Source: Minutocellus sp. GHC0000111 (Eukaryota). From it: DNA of 64,000 bases. This document shows positions 42,228-53,193 of this stretch, in pieces (within the stretch, counting starts at the first letter, position 1; each line of letters begins with the position of its first letter). Below the pieces are notes generated by a model. The model did no database searches. It saw only the letters and a program-made list of their open reading frames with translations, and was not told the origin of the DNA. The stretch is taken from the NCBI GenBank assembly GCA_977018835.1, contig OZ361256.1:7130001-7194000 (forward strand). Direction: 5' to 3'. The position numbers were made by a program, and so were the translations under genes.

Positions 42228-45200
42228 TCAAGTGCTGGATGCCTCCTCGCTTCCTTCTTTCATGCCCATTATCGACATGAATTCTTCCCACGATACTCTG
42301 CCGTCCCGATTGAAATCTAAGCTAGCGATTATCTTTGATATCGTGTCGTCCGCCTCACCAACTGACCGAAGGCAATGACGCAACTCATTCGGGTGTAAAA
42401 TGCCATCATGGCCCTGGTCTATGGCATTGAATATTTCTCGAAGCTTCCCCTTGTCTTTATCGGCGGAAGCGCCGAACATTTTCTTGATATCTGCACGGAA
42501 CTTGTTTTGCCAGTACGATCGAAGATCCTCGTGAGCCTTTCCACCAATTGTGTTCCATGAAGCAGTGAGACCTTGTGTCCAGGGATGGCGGAGGAAGGCA
42601 TCACCAGTACAGCGTTGCTCGGGATCTGGGTGGAGGAGCGATCGCATTAGCTCAACGCAGGAGGCACTCAATCCTGAAACTCTCTCGTCAAACACATGCT
42701 CATCCATTAGTTTCTCGTAGTTGCTCTTATCACAGCAAATTCGTATGACGGTTTCCTTGATTTCATCATCTGTAAGAATCCCATGCTTTTCGAAGGGATG
42801 GGATCCAGTAAGGCATATATATGTTAGTCCCAAAATGCGCACTGTCCCAGTTCGCGAACTGGGATCCCAGTTTGCGAACTAGGATTTATTTATCCCAGTT
42901 TGGAAACTGGGATCATAGGCACAATCTCAGTTTGCAAACTGGGATCAATCGAGAAATAATGAATATTTTGCATGGATGATATCGCCTTTGCTTCTCCTCG
43001 CTTCATTTTTTCATAGTGAAGCAACACAGCCCAAACCTGGTCCAGACGTCCAGACGACATTAGTGCCGGAGCTGATACTCAATAAATTGGCATTAGCTGA
43101 TACTAAATACATATAGTGAATAAATAATAATAATCTAGCTAGCTGCTTCTGGCAAATATAAGTCATGAACTGTACATGCATCTGTGCTATGCCGGCATCA
43201 TGTTGCTACTGTACCAGTACATGTAGCTTGCAAATTCAAGATATGATGCACAGTGCAACTTGTATTGTAGATAGATCTACCAGTACATAATCATTGTGCA
43301 TGAGCCAACACCGGCAGTTACCATTCTGACACTTGCCGAGAATGCCAGTTTCCAAACTGGTATTCATTTTTGTTCCAGTTCGCGAACTCGTCTGGTTCCC
43401 AAATTCGGATTGGCGTGTTTATCTCAGTTTCCATTCTGGTAGTATCAGTGCGCAAACTGAGATCCTAGTTTGGGAACTGGGGCCCAGTGCGCAAACTGGG
43501 ATAAATGAATCTCAGTTCGCAAACTGGGATCCCAGTTCGCGAACTGGGACAGTGCGCATTTTGGGACTAACATATACATCTATTAGACAATTTGAAGAAA
43601 GAGAGAAAGAGAAAAGAAATATATGATGAGACTCTGATCAAAGTGTAGCTCATAGGCGTTTGGCGCCTTCCACGCTTTCCAATTGGAATGCAAGACTACA
43701 CACTCACGATTACACCAGCCGCCCAAAGGTCAGTAGCTGGCGTAGGCTTTGCACCGTCGACATGCATCTCAGGTGGCCAGTACGCGACAGTACCGGAAGA
43801 GGTAGTTTCTTCTTCGCTCTTTATTTTCTTCTTTGCGCTCCTGCTCGTTGGCTTCCTGTAAGGTGCAGCACTGTTCTTCACCTTATCTGTCAAAGATGGG
43901 TCCTTTTGTGACTGTGCTCCAAACGAAACAAGTAGCTGCATGACTTCACCCGAATTGCCTTTCGCGTTTGCAGCATCATCCAATGGTCGCCCGCCCCATC
44001 TGTCTTCAACGTTTGGGTTTGCTCCAGCCACGCACAGTAGTTCCACAACTTCTGCACGACCTTCTCCGGCAGCCAGGTGCAACGCCGTTCGATGGTCGTA
44101 GTCGCCTTCGTCTAAATCAACATTGCCAAATTCCAAGAGCGCCTCAACTTCAGCGACATCTCCCTCCGATGCGGCCTGGATAAATCTCGGTAGTTGAGTC
44201 TTTGCGCCAAACGTTGCGCCCTGTTCCCGTAAATATTGAATGACATCAGTATGTCTGTGACGGTAAGCATCATCAAGGCAAGATCCACCCCATCGATCAC
44301 TTCGATTAACGCGAGCTCCCTTTCGGACCAGAAATCTACAGATATCGACATGACCCTCTGACGCCGCTAGATGAAGCGGCGTCCGGAAATCATAGTCCCT
44401 GAAATTCACAAGGTGGGGTCGTTCCATCAACATTTTTTCCAGCTCAAACTGGTTTCCGAGAGCAACCATGTGTAGAAATGAGCACCCCTTGGCAAATTCT
44501 TCGGCGGGAAGAAGCATTTCCTTGTGACCGAGGTCATGGCTTGAAGCGCAACCAAAGTCAGCAAGCTTGAGTTTTGCCTTCTTTAGATCGGTCGAATCGA
44601 GCAAAAGATTCTCTGGCTTGAGGTCGGCGTGCAATAAATTGTTTGAGTGAACGTAGGATATGGCCTCGGCGAACTGCCTAATGAACCTAGCAGCCATTCC
44701 TTCGCTGTACGGCCCATTCTCAATGAGTGAATCCAGAAGTTCTCCGCCTTCAATGTACTCCATCGCCAGGTAGTAGTTGTCGTTATCTCGATGTAAATCA
44801 AGAAGCTTTACTACATGTTCGCTACCGGGAGGTTTCGACAAGATGTGAAGCGCCGCAACTTCCCTCTCAAAATCCGAACTACCGGTGAACTGTCGAGGCA
44901 TCGTCTTGAGGGCAACGAGTTGGCCATCAATCTTGCGTCGAGCTCGAAATACAGTGCCGTATGCACCCTCACCCAGAGTTTTCTCCACATTGTACACATC
45001 ATGCAGGCGAAATGGGCCTGCTCCACCACCGCTTACAAGGGTCGCCTGTCGGTTGGCAAGAAGAGGCCGGCCTTCACATTTGGAAATGTCCCCACTTGAG
45101 TGGACGACTGTAACGATGTTACTATTGTCACGGCTATTCGTTGAGGAATTGGTCGCTGCGATGGACACGCCTGCAGCTGCGCAACACATAACAGCAGCGG

Positions 45201-45342
45201 CGGGGGCGGGTATGCTGCTCTGTGCATTTCCTTCTGTTCGAAGCGAACCGCCGATTCCATGTATTCGACCAGAGGCCAGTCTTCCAGCAGCAGACCTGCC
45301 AGATGCGCCGGATATCGCCTTCAATCGATACAGCATCGACAT
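42228..45342 (-). pseudogene. CDPK/CaMK-like kinase with ankyrin repeats in the activation loop and C-terminal EF-hands; exon 2 interrupted by a TIR element
   Basis: GEGAYG, VALK, HADLKPEN, DFG, [ankyrin repeats], GTVAYWPPE, DLWAAGVI | intron 43580-43707 | MYICLTGSHPF (split by the insertion), HPW, EF-hands DQGHDGILHPNE and DFNRDGRVSWEE. Confidence 0.9.
42822..43572. mobile_element. Non-autonomous TIR element (751 bp), TGTTA..TAACA termini, inferred TATA 4-bp duplication
   Basis: 59-bp perfect TIR (tgttagtcccaaaatgcgcactgtcccagttcgcgaactgggatcccagtttgcgaact), imperfect to ~80 bp, with many subterminal CAGTTnnnnAACTG palindromes. Removing it plus 4 nt restores ATG TAT ATA TGC. Confidence 0.9.
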
Positions 45343-45615
45343 TTTGTTGTTTTAAAAGGTGGGATGAGGGATCCTTTCGCCCATTGTGGTTCACTCGCAC
45401 TTGGGTTCGTTTATTGGCGGTAACTTCTCTTCGTTCTTCGGACGGAAGAAATGAAAGATACGGTCGTACAGGTACATGTACGTACGTACGTACGTACAGG
45501 ATAAACACCCGGAGGAAAACGGACAAAGAAAATGTGCTTATCATTGTTGAAGGAGTGCCAAACTACCGGTAGATCTACCGTAGCTAAAGAGTCTAGGAAT
45601 TCCTACTTTAATGTA

Positions 45616-47285
45616 TTACTTTGATTTTCCCATCCGTTCTTTTCTTTTTCTCCTCCTTGTGGCCTCGAGAAATTCCAGCGTCCTGGCACCAATCTCCGCA
45701 GCTGTTTCGTGAGGATTTCGCTCACCAGTTAAACCAGTCGCTCTTGCAAGCCATATTGGTGTCAGCATACAACTGTCACTAAATTCCTGGTGCTTGGCCT
45801 TTTGAATGACGCCTACATCCGTTGTTCCTTGCTTTGGTCCGATCACACCATGTTCGTGCATGCTCTTGATCAGCGAAAAGGCACCCCAGCCGAGATGGGC
45901 CCATTCGTCAGAATACAAGTAGAGCATGTTGATATCATGAATGCTTGCCTGAGTAGACGAAAAGTCACCGGCGACAGCACTTTGACAGTCATCTTTCTTT
46001 TCTTCGTTTCCTTTGGACCTTCATAGCCACCCGTGCCCCCTGAATATGGCGTCCCCAACTGCTCCATTCTATCGGCCGAAAACAGTGCACGTCGAGCCGA
46101 ATCTGGCATCCAATCTATTGCGGGTTCATGTGCCACCACCGCCGAAACCAAATCTGGCCGTTGAGCTGCTGCTGATAACACCGTGCACCCACCAAAGCTA
46201 TGGCCCATCAGTGTAACGTCGGTCGTGTCGAGCTTGCCAACGAATGAGACTCCCACCGATGCCAAATCTGGGATATTGCCGTGATTTAAACTCTTCAAGC
46301 ACGACAATGCCGATAAGCATTCTTCCACTCGATGTTGCGTCTGAGCCCTTCGTTTCCGAACGTATTCCTCCTCTTTGCCTTTCATATAAATGTCCGTAAC
46401 GGGCTTGGGATCATAGAGCAGATGGGTGCTATCTCGTCGTCGAGTAGCCACGGCCGATCGATCTGTATGGTCTACCATGAGCACCACAGTCCCCGAAGCT
46501 GCCAAGTTTAAAGCCTGATATGAATAGATTGCGGCGATGCCTGTCAACCCATGGGAATACACTGCCAAGGGATATTGAGCTAAATGATTCGATGGCTGCG
46601 CATTGCGTTTTGCACGAATATGCGTCAGTCTCCACGTATGGAGCATCCAACCGAGACTCTTGAGAGGGCCTGGAGCCCCAGCTTTCATCAGTTCATCACA
46701 CAGGAGTGGCGCCGACTCTGGATCAAGATATGGCAAATCTTCCGGTTCCTCGTCGGTCGGATACAGTATGCGAGCGGTTATTTCATCTTGGTGCTGAGTA
46801 CCGAGTAACGAGCCGCGTCGTCTGCTTTCGGAAAAGTCGACAGGAAGATGCAAGTCAATAATTCCCACGTTGTACTTGCCCTTGACAGGTTGAAGTTCCA
46901 CGGCGGGGAAAAGGATGGAGAGTGCAGTCGACAAGAGAATGAATAGGGCTGATAGGGCGCCAATGGCCAAGCCTATCCATCCCGAACCGAGGTCCAACCT
47001 GCGCAGAGCTTGAAGGGCGAGAAACGGCACAAGGGGAAAGCTTATCGTCCAGCGATGAGTCAGACTGGCCGTTGTGACGGTGACGACTGCTGCGAGACCG
47101 AGGAGCACATGGTTGAAATGATTGGGTTCAGTGAATGAGCAAAAAGTTAGAGAGGCAATAGTCGCAACGTCGAGAGCCAGCCTCGACGGTATTGGTCGAA
47201 GTCCCCCCCCACATGGTCGGAAATGTTCTGGCTCTGACTGAATGAGGGCTCCTGCACCGTGAGCTTCATTCCTGAACGCTGCCAT
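45616..47285 (-). CDS. Platelet-activating factor acetylhydrolase-like alpha/beta hydrolase with N-terminal TM segments (frameshift ~45994-46001)
   Basis: GKYNVG, ARILYP, YSHGL, LAASG.VVLMVDHTD.S, nucleophile elbow GHSFGG. The C-terminus continues in ORF 45616-45927 (HQEFSD) if one A is restored. Confidence 0.85.
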
Positions 47286-47866
47286 GCGCCATGATGACGA
47301 AGAAGTTCATTACTACCACTCGTACGTAGTATGTGCCGCGCCGACCTTTCTGAATGACGTATACATATCGAGCCTGTCAGCCAAATTGAGATATTTAGTA
47401 TGATTTTTTGAACAAGTTTTACAGCTCGGACATGGCCGCATCAAACACAGAGCCTGTTCGCAGTAACCCGATTTTTAGGCGCTTGTCGACCCTTGGCGAT
47501 CAGTTTCACCGGCTCCTTTCTGATACTGACCCATCAGCACCGCGACAACAATGAAGCTTCGCACCTCCCCAGATCGCAGCAGCCTGTAGCAATTGTCTCA
47601 CTTTTCTCATTATCACCCATTGCTTGAGCCCACGCAAAGCTTTTGCGATAACTTCGATAGCACAAACCGATCGATCCGTTATCCATCACTTCTCACTTTT
47701 TCATTCAGCTCGCTCAAATCAAGCCCCGTCATATCTTGGCTAATACTAGCTAGAAGCGCGCACAATCCAACCTCGTGAGTGCCCACATAAAGATCGCAAG
47801 CCCAACCGAATCAAACCCAGGACCACCCATATCGTATCCTCCTGCAAAGCCAACAAGTAAAGATCA

Positions 47867-50800
47867 ATGTCGACCACCAGCAACGATACCAGCACCAAGA
47901 GCGGATCTCTCTCCACCTTCGGCAGTATGCGCACCCGCCCGTCGATGAGGAACGCAAAGAGCAAAGCTCACAAGTTGCGCAGAGAGAAGAGGCAGGAGCT
48001 GATCAGCCGTCTCAAGCCATCGGCCAAGGACAGTCAGCCTCTGTCACCGCCCAAGGCCAAGACGAATACTCCAGTGATTCAAAAGGGTCTCAAGAAGAAG
48101 CAGTCGGTCGCGCAGCACCAACAGCAGCAGCAGCAGCAGCAGCCAGCTGCCACTTCCACCACCGTTCACGTCATTCGGCAGGAAGATGAAATGGTATTGG
48201 AAATTTTGGATATCTTGAACAATGTTGCCAACGACTTTGCCGCCAAGAATTTTACATCGCCGGCGAACATTCACACCGAGATGGAAGAGACCACCAAGCG
48301 CACATATGCCCCCAGCTCGTACGATCAGGGCAATGTGATCACGGACGATGACTTCTCTTCGGCATCCTACGCATCCAGCGTGTCGTCCTTCTTTGACGAT
48401 GGTTTCGACTTCAACGTGAATCAACAGAAGCAGAGCGATTCCTTCGATGACCTTTTCTCCAACGACAGTCATTCGGTCGATTCCTCAACTTTCGGGGAAG
48501 AATCGGCCCATATCCTCGGCGATCTCGATTCGGTCCGCCGTTCGTCATCTACCAAGACAAATCTCGGCAGCCGGTATGCCCATCTGGTCAAAAAGAAGAA
48601 GGACAAGAAATCCAAGAAGTACATGGAACAGGTGATCGAAGAAGAGGAAGAGGAGGAACAGGTCGAGTCAAATGACTACGCCCCTCTCCAGAACTCGTCG
48701 TTTGGCTCAAATTCAGATATGCAACTCGACGAAAACAACAATCTCCCCGGGACTTGGAATGCCTTTGATGCTCAGAAACCTACCAGCACCTCCAAGAGGT
48801 GCCTTTCTCCTGACCAGCCCGTCAAGAGGGTAGTGAAGAGTCCCCGCTCAAGTGATGACCCCCATGCCGTACGGACCGTGGCCTCTGATACTTCTGGAGA
48901 AAGCAGTGCCAACTCCACCATTTCGGGCAAGATTGCTTCGGCACTCAAGGGTATTCGCTCCCAAGCCTCTGAGGGTGGAGCCAAGCAACAAGTCCAGCAA
49001 CCTGTGCCCATCATCCGTCCTCCTCATAAGCGCACGGTTAGGAATGCGGATGAGATCGCTGCTACCGAGCACAAACCAAAGATTTCGTTCGCTCCGTCTG
49101 TCAACCTGTCACCTGCTTCGATGCATCCTTCCGAGCCGTCTTCAGCCCCAATGAATGCCTCTCCCAACCCGGCCCAGCCCTCTACTAGCACGCAGGCAAT
49201 CACCAAGGCGCCAATGCCTCTTCAGGGTCCTCCCGAGGCTGTTCATATTCATCACGACAGCGACGATGGTTCCATGTCCTCGGCATCCTTCTCCAACGAC
49301 TCCCACGATCTACCTGTCAAGAGCACCAGAAAGGCCCTGCCAGCACCCAGTACCGACATTGTCGAGCCTGCATTCGACATCAAGGTTGCCGTCCTTGGTG
49401 GCAGCAAGAGTGGCAAGTCGACTGTCCTGAATGCTTTCTTCCAGGAGCAATTCGCTGATTCTTCAAGACCCGGGGTCAATTACTACGAGCTTTCACGCAC
49501 CCACACCAATAACGGAAAACAGCACATCAACCACCTACCAAATAGGGACAATACAGTTGCCGTCGGCAAGTCAGGGAAGAAGGTGACTGAGCATCATTTC
49601 GACGTCGAGCTAGAGGGTGATATTCTCCACGAGATGAGAGATGACGCCCGGCTTGTCTTTGTCGATGTGCCGTCCTTCTTTCCCGAGGGCAACCACTACC
49701 TTGACTACCTCGAGAAGAAGTGGGATGAAATGGATTGTGCCATCGTCGTTCTTGACGCATTGAGCACCAATTCAGTTGAGAATGTCACCATAATGAATTT
49801 CGTCAAGCACTGCCTTAAAACGAGGAAGGACCTGCCCATCGTTATTGTGTGCAACAAGGTTGACGATACCGAGGATGATGAGCTCATGGCAATGGTTGAT
49901 TCCGTCCGGCAGGAATCCCTCGCAGTCATTCTCGGCGAGAAGTCGAAAGAAGTTGTGACCAACTTGGCCTTTATCCCCATCTCGGCCAAGAGCGCTTACT
50001 GGTACCGGTCGGCCTCGAAGCTGTCTTTCGAGGAATTCACCAAGATTGATCAGTCCATCATTGATGAGATTGGGCGGGAAGAGATCGGCCGGTTTCGATG
50101 GAAACGGATGTCGACGGAGGAGCAATACATGGCCATATTCTCGATTATGCAGGACGAGGAGGAATACAGGGTTCGCCTTCGCGCCTCCAATTTTGATATC
50201 CTCATGAATTCTCTCGATCACTTCATCGGAGGCAAGAAGAAGCAAGATCGCATGATTCGCAAGCAACTTGAGTCTTCATTGAAAAAACTCTCTCATGGTT
50301 CGGGCTTTTACGCTCGCTTGGTGAGCATTTTCCGTCAAAGTCTCGTCCTTGACAGGCCAACGAGCCACCTGAAGGAAACATTTTGGTCGCTGTACTCCAA
50401 GTCCTACCAGGAGGCCTACGCCAAGTTCGAGAAGAACCCATCCCATGTCTCCACGATGCATGATCCATTTCAGGTACTCATCAGGTACGCTTCCGAGCTG
50501 CACAACGAACTCCATCGCACCGGCGAATCTATGAACGAAAGGGAGGAAGATTTCAAGAAGATTGTGGCATCCATGAAGGGTGCGATTAAGCAGCAATGCG
50601 GTCTCATCATCGAGAAGGCCTACCAGTGGAAGAAATCCCGGGAGCAGCGCGGTGGTAAGGCCCCGACAAACAATCTCCCGGAGCACTGGAAGTGGATCGA
50701 GGGTAAATCCCAATGGAAAAATACCTGCACAGGTCTTGTGGTGCCTGGCAACGAAGACGAGAACCCCGGCTTCCGTCTCACATCATGGGACGATATGACC

Positions 50801-51193
50801 CCGAGAGATTGGATCAGTGTCATTGACTCCATCATGCTCATGTGTCATAACAAGTACTTCTGTGAAAACTTTGGGGCTGAAATTGCCGAACTTAAGTGGC
50901 TCGACCGTACTGGAAAGTTCGTCGACTTCCATTACGCCGCTTCCGCATCCAAATATGATTCCATCGAGGCCGCCAACTCCGACGACGAGCTCGATCGTAT
51001 GCTCAACAGCGAGCTTGTCGAGAAGGACAACACAGACCAAATCTCCAATGTTATGAGAATTAGCGTCCCAGACAGCCCAAGCGACGAAAAGCATTGGGGG
51101 CACATGGCTTGGCTCTTCGGCGAGTTTATGATTACGAGGTCAGATTCGCGAGAAATCGAGCGCCCGGTTTTTGACTGCTTTCGAGGGGATTGA
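47867..51193 (+). CDS. Large protein: disordered N-half plus dynamin/Era-like P-loop GTPase-fold domain
   Basis: VAVLGGSKSGKSTVLNA (G1), LVFVDVPS (G3 lacking Gly), VCNKVD (G4), FIPISA (G5), then a helical region. Confidence 0.75.
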   Translation: MSTTSNDTSTKSGSLSTFGSMRTRPSMRNAKSKAHKLRREKRQELISRLKPSAKDSQPLSPPKAKTNTPVIQKGLKKKQSVAQHQQQQQQQQPAATSTTVHVIRQEDEMVLEILDILNNVANDFAAKNFTSPANIHTEMEETTKRTYAPSSYDQGNVITDDDFSSASYASSVSSFFDDGFDFNVNQQKQSDSFDDLFSNDSHSVDSSTFGEESAHILGDLDSVRRSSSTKTNLGSRYAHLVKKKKDKKSKKYMEQVIEEEEEEEQVESNDYAPLQNSSFGSNSDMQLDENNNLPGTWNAFDAQKPTSTSKRCLSPDQPVKRVVKSPRSSDDPHAVRTVASDTSGESSANSTISGKIASALKGIRSQASEGGAKQQVQQPVPIIRPPHKRTVRNADEIAATEHKPKISFAPSVNLSPASMHPSEPSSAPMNASPNPAQPSTSTQAITKAPMPLQGPPEAVHIHHDSDDGSMSSASFSNDSHDLPVKSTRKALPAPSTDIVEPAFDIKVAVLGGSKSGKSTVLNAFFQEQFADSSRPGVNYYELSRTHTNNGKQHINHLPNRDNTVAVGKSGKKVTEHHFDVELEGDILHEMRDDARLVFVDVPSFFPEGNHYLDYLEKKWDEMDCAIVVLDALSTNSVENVTIMNFVKHCLKTRKDLPIVIVCNKVDDTEDDELMAMVDSVRQESLAVILGEKSKEVVTNLAFIPISAKSAYWYRSASKLSFEEFTKIDQSIIDEIGREEIGRFRWKRMSTEEQYMAIFSIMQDEEEYRVRLRASNFDILMNSLDHFIGGKKKQDRMIRKQLESSLKKLSHGSGFYARLVSIFRQSLVLDRPTSHLKETFWSLYSKSYQEAYAKFEKNPSHVSTMHDPFQVLIRYASELHNELHRTGESMNEREEDFKKIVASMKGAIKQQCGLIIEKAYQWKKSREQRGGKAPTNNLPEHWKWIEGKSQWKNTCTGLVVPGNEDENPGFRLTSWDDMTPRDWISVIDSIMLMCHNKYFCENFGAEIAELKWLDRTGKFVDFHYAASASKYDSIEAANSDDELDRMLNSELVEKDNTDQISNVMRISVPDSPSDEKHWGHMAWLFGEFMITRSDSREIERPVFDCFRGD

Positions 51194-51319
51194 AAAGCGC
51201 CTCGAAGAATAGTCATGCTGAAATATTTAAGAAAATGGCTATTTTTACTCTAATTTTGATTTATCTTCATGTGAAACAATAATTCGGATAAGACTTTAGA
51301 TTTCAGCGGCTCTATTCAA

Positions 51320-52798
51320 ATGGACGCGTTCGTCGCACTTGGACCGGTATACTGCTTCCCAACGAGTGCCGATGATTCATCTGATTCGGCCGCCTTCCGT
51401 TCTGTCATCGACGATCTTGCAACGGCGACCCGGCGGTATACTGCACCATGTCTCTTTGCAATTGCCAAGTGCAGGGAGCAGGCAAAGGTGGACTATTCGG
51501 TGCTGTCCAGCGCAGAGCATGGTGCACGATTTTCGGGATGGATGAAGGCGTATGGTGCTCTACCTGCATCTGAGAAGGCGATGTGGGAGATGAAGAGGAG
51601 ATCTCATCTGGCTATGCAGCCATACATTCGAGATGTTATTGTTGATGCTCTGATACGAAATCCTCGGGAATCTTGGCGGGAGCTGGAGGTGGATGTCAAC
51701 TTTTGGTGTTCCTACTCTCGGCAATACGGCGGTGGATAATGTCGCGGGAAGGGTTCCGGTACTATGCCGAAAGGATCATCCCTCTCCTTACTACCCATCA
51801 GATGGAGAAACATTTGGCATTTGCGCGGAAATTCCGAAACAATTGGGGGCTCGGCGGTGGCAAGTTTCTCCTTATTATGTTCGATGAGAAGTGGTTTTGG
51901 GGCTTGGTTCTTCGATCGTATGCCAAGCAAGTTGCAGAATTGGGTATTGATCCTCGGTCCTTCTCGGCATATCACCGAAATCACATCAACAAGTGCATGG
52001 TGGTGGCTGTCACTGCCTTGGCTTTTATTGACAGCATTGAGAATGGCGGCATTGCGTTCGTTCAAGCTTGGACTTTTTCGGGCTCAGGCGCATAAAATTG
52101 CGAGGCAGGTGGTAAGGGAGGCGGTGCGGCAGGCAGATGGTAGAATCAAATATTGCGGCCCGGTGGTTCGGAAGAAAGACGATCTATACCTTGTGGATTG
52201 CGCGGTGACTGGATGCAGCCATGGCACCCTACTTGATAATCCCAAGTTCCCACTGAAAGCTTTATTTGAGAACAAGATGTTTCCGGATGTTGAGGCTTTG
52301 GTCGGACCTGGTGGAAAGTTTGAAGGCTGTGTCCCTATTTTTCAGGGCGACAATGCTGGGCCCCATGCCGAGACTGAATTTGTGGAATATGTGGAAGGAT
52401 ACTGTCGGGACAAGGGATGGCGTTGGGAACCTCAGGCCCCGCAAATGCCCCATATGAATGTTCTTGATCTGTCTGTTTTCCCTTGCATGTCAAAGCGGCA
52501 TACAATGTTGAGCCGCGATCGGGAGGGGCTGAAGGTTTTGACAGAAGATCAGACTTGGGATGCAGCGGAGGAAGTTTGGATGGGGCTGGAAAACTGGAAG
52601 ATCGCATCGGCATACATCCAGGCTCATAGAATTGCAAAGAAGGTAATCGTTGCAAAAGGCAACAATGATTTTCTTGGAAACGGTGAAGGCATTCATGTTG
52701 GGGTGCGAATGGATTTCAGGCCGACTGAAAATGGCATGGTTCGGATAGATGGGAAAATTGTCGCTCCTCCTCCTGCTGATCCAACCATGGATAATTAG
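51320..52798 (+). mobile_element. Decayed IS630/Tc1/mariner transposase (DD38D, plant-mariner-like), two frameshifts
   Basis: MFDEKWFW (D1), FQGDNAGPH (D2), QAPQMPHMNVLDLSVF (D3; 38 residues between D2 and D3). HTH-like SWRELEVDVNFWCSYS/AIRRW. Frameshifts near 51716 and 52056 (gttc duplication). No left TIR found. Confidence 0.88.
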
Positions 52799-53193
52799 TC
52801 CTGCGGTGCTTTTAAGTTATGTTATGTTTAAAATAATACTAGATTATTTTTATTCGAGCTATATTTGTGCTACTACACACACATGCCGTACATGCATGTG
52901 TAGTGCTCTCTTGTCAGTTTTGATGGTTCCGGCTTTACATGCATGTGTCCGTGTCCGGGTTGCAGGCCCAAAAATCGACATTTTTTGGTCCCGGCCCTGC
53001 GCTCGATTTCTCGCGAAACGGACTTCGTACGCAAGAAAAGAAGCGCCATGCAGTTGTCGCTCAAATCGAGGTGTAACCATGTTTGTACAGTAGATAATCA
53101 AATACATATTTTAAGAAACAATGGGAAAAGAACTCATTTTGCTTGGCTTCTACTAAGAATTAGTACTAAGAATTAGTAGGGATCCCTACACTG

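Noticed and set aside
42845..43550. Repeated palindromes resembling a CRISPR or operator array
   Set aside because: They lie symmetrically within the TIR/subterminal arms of one transposon.
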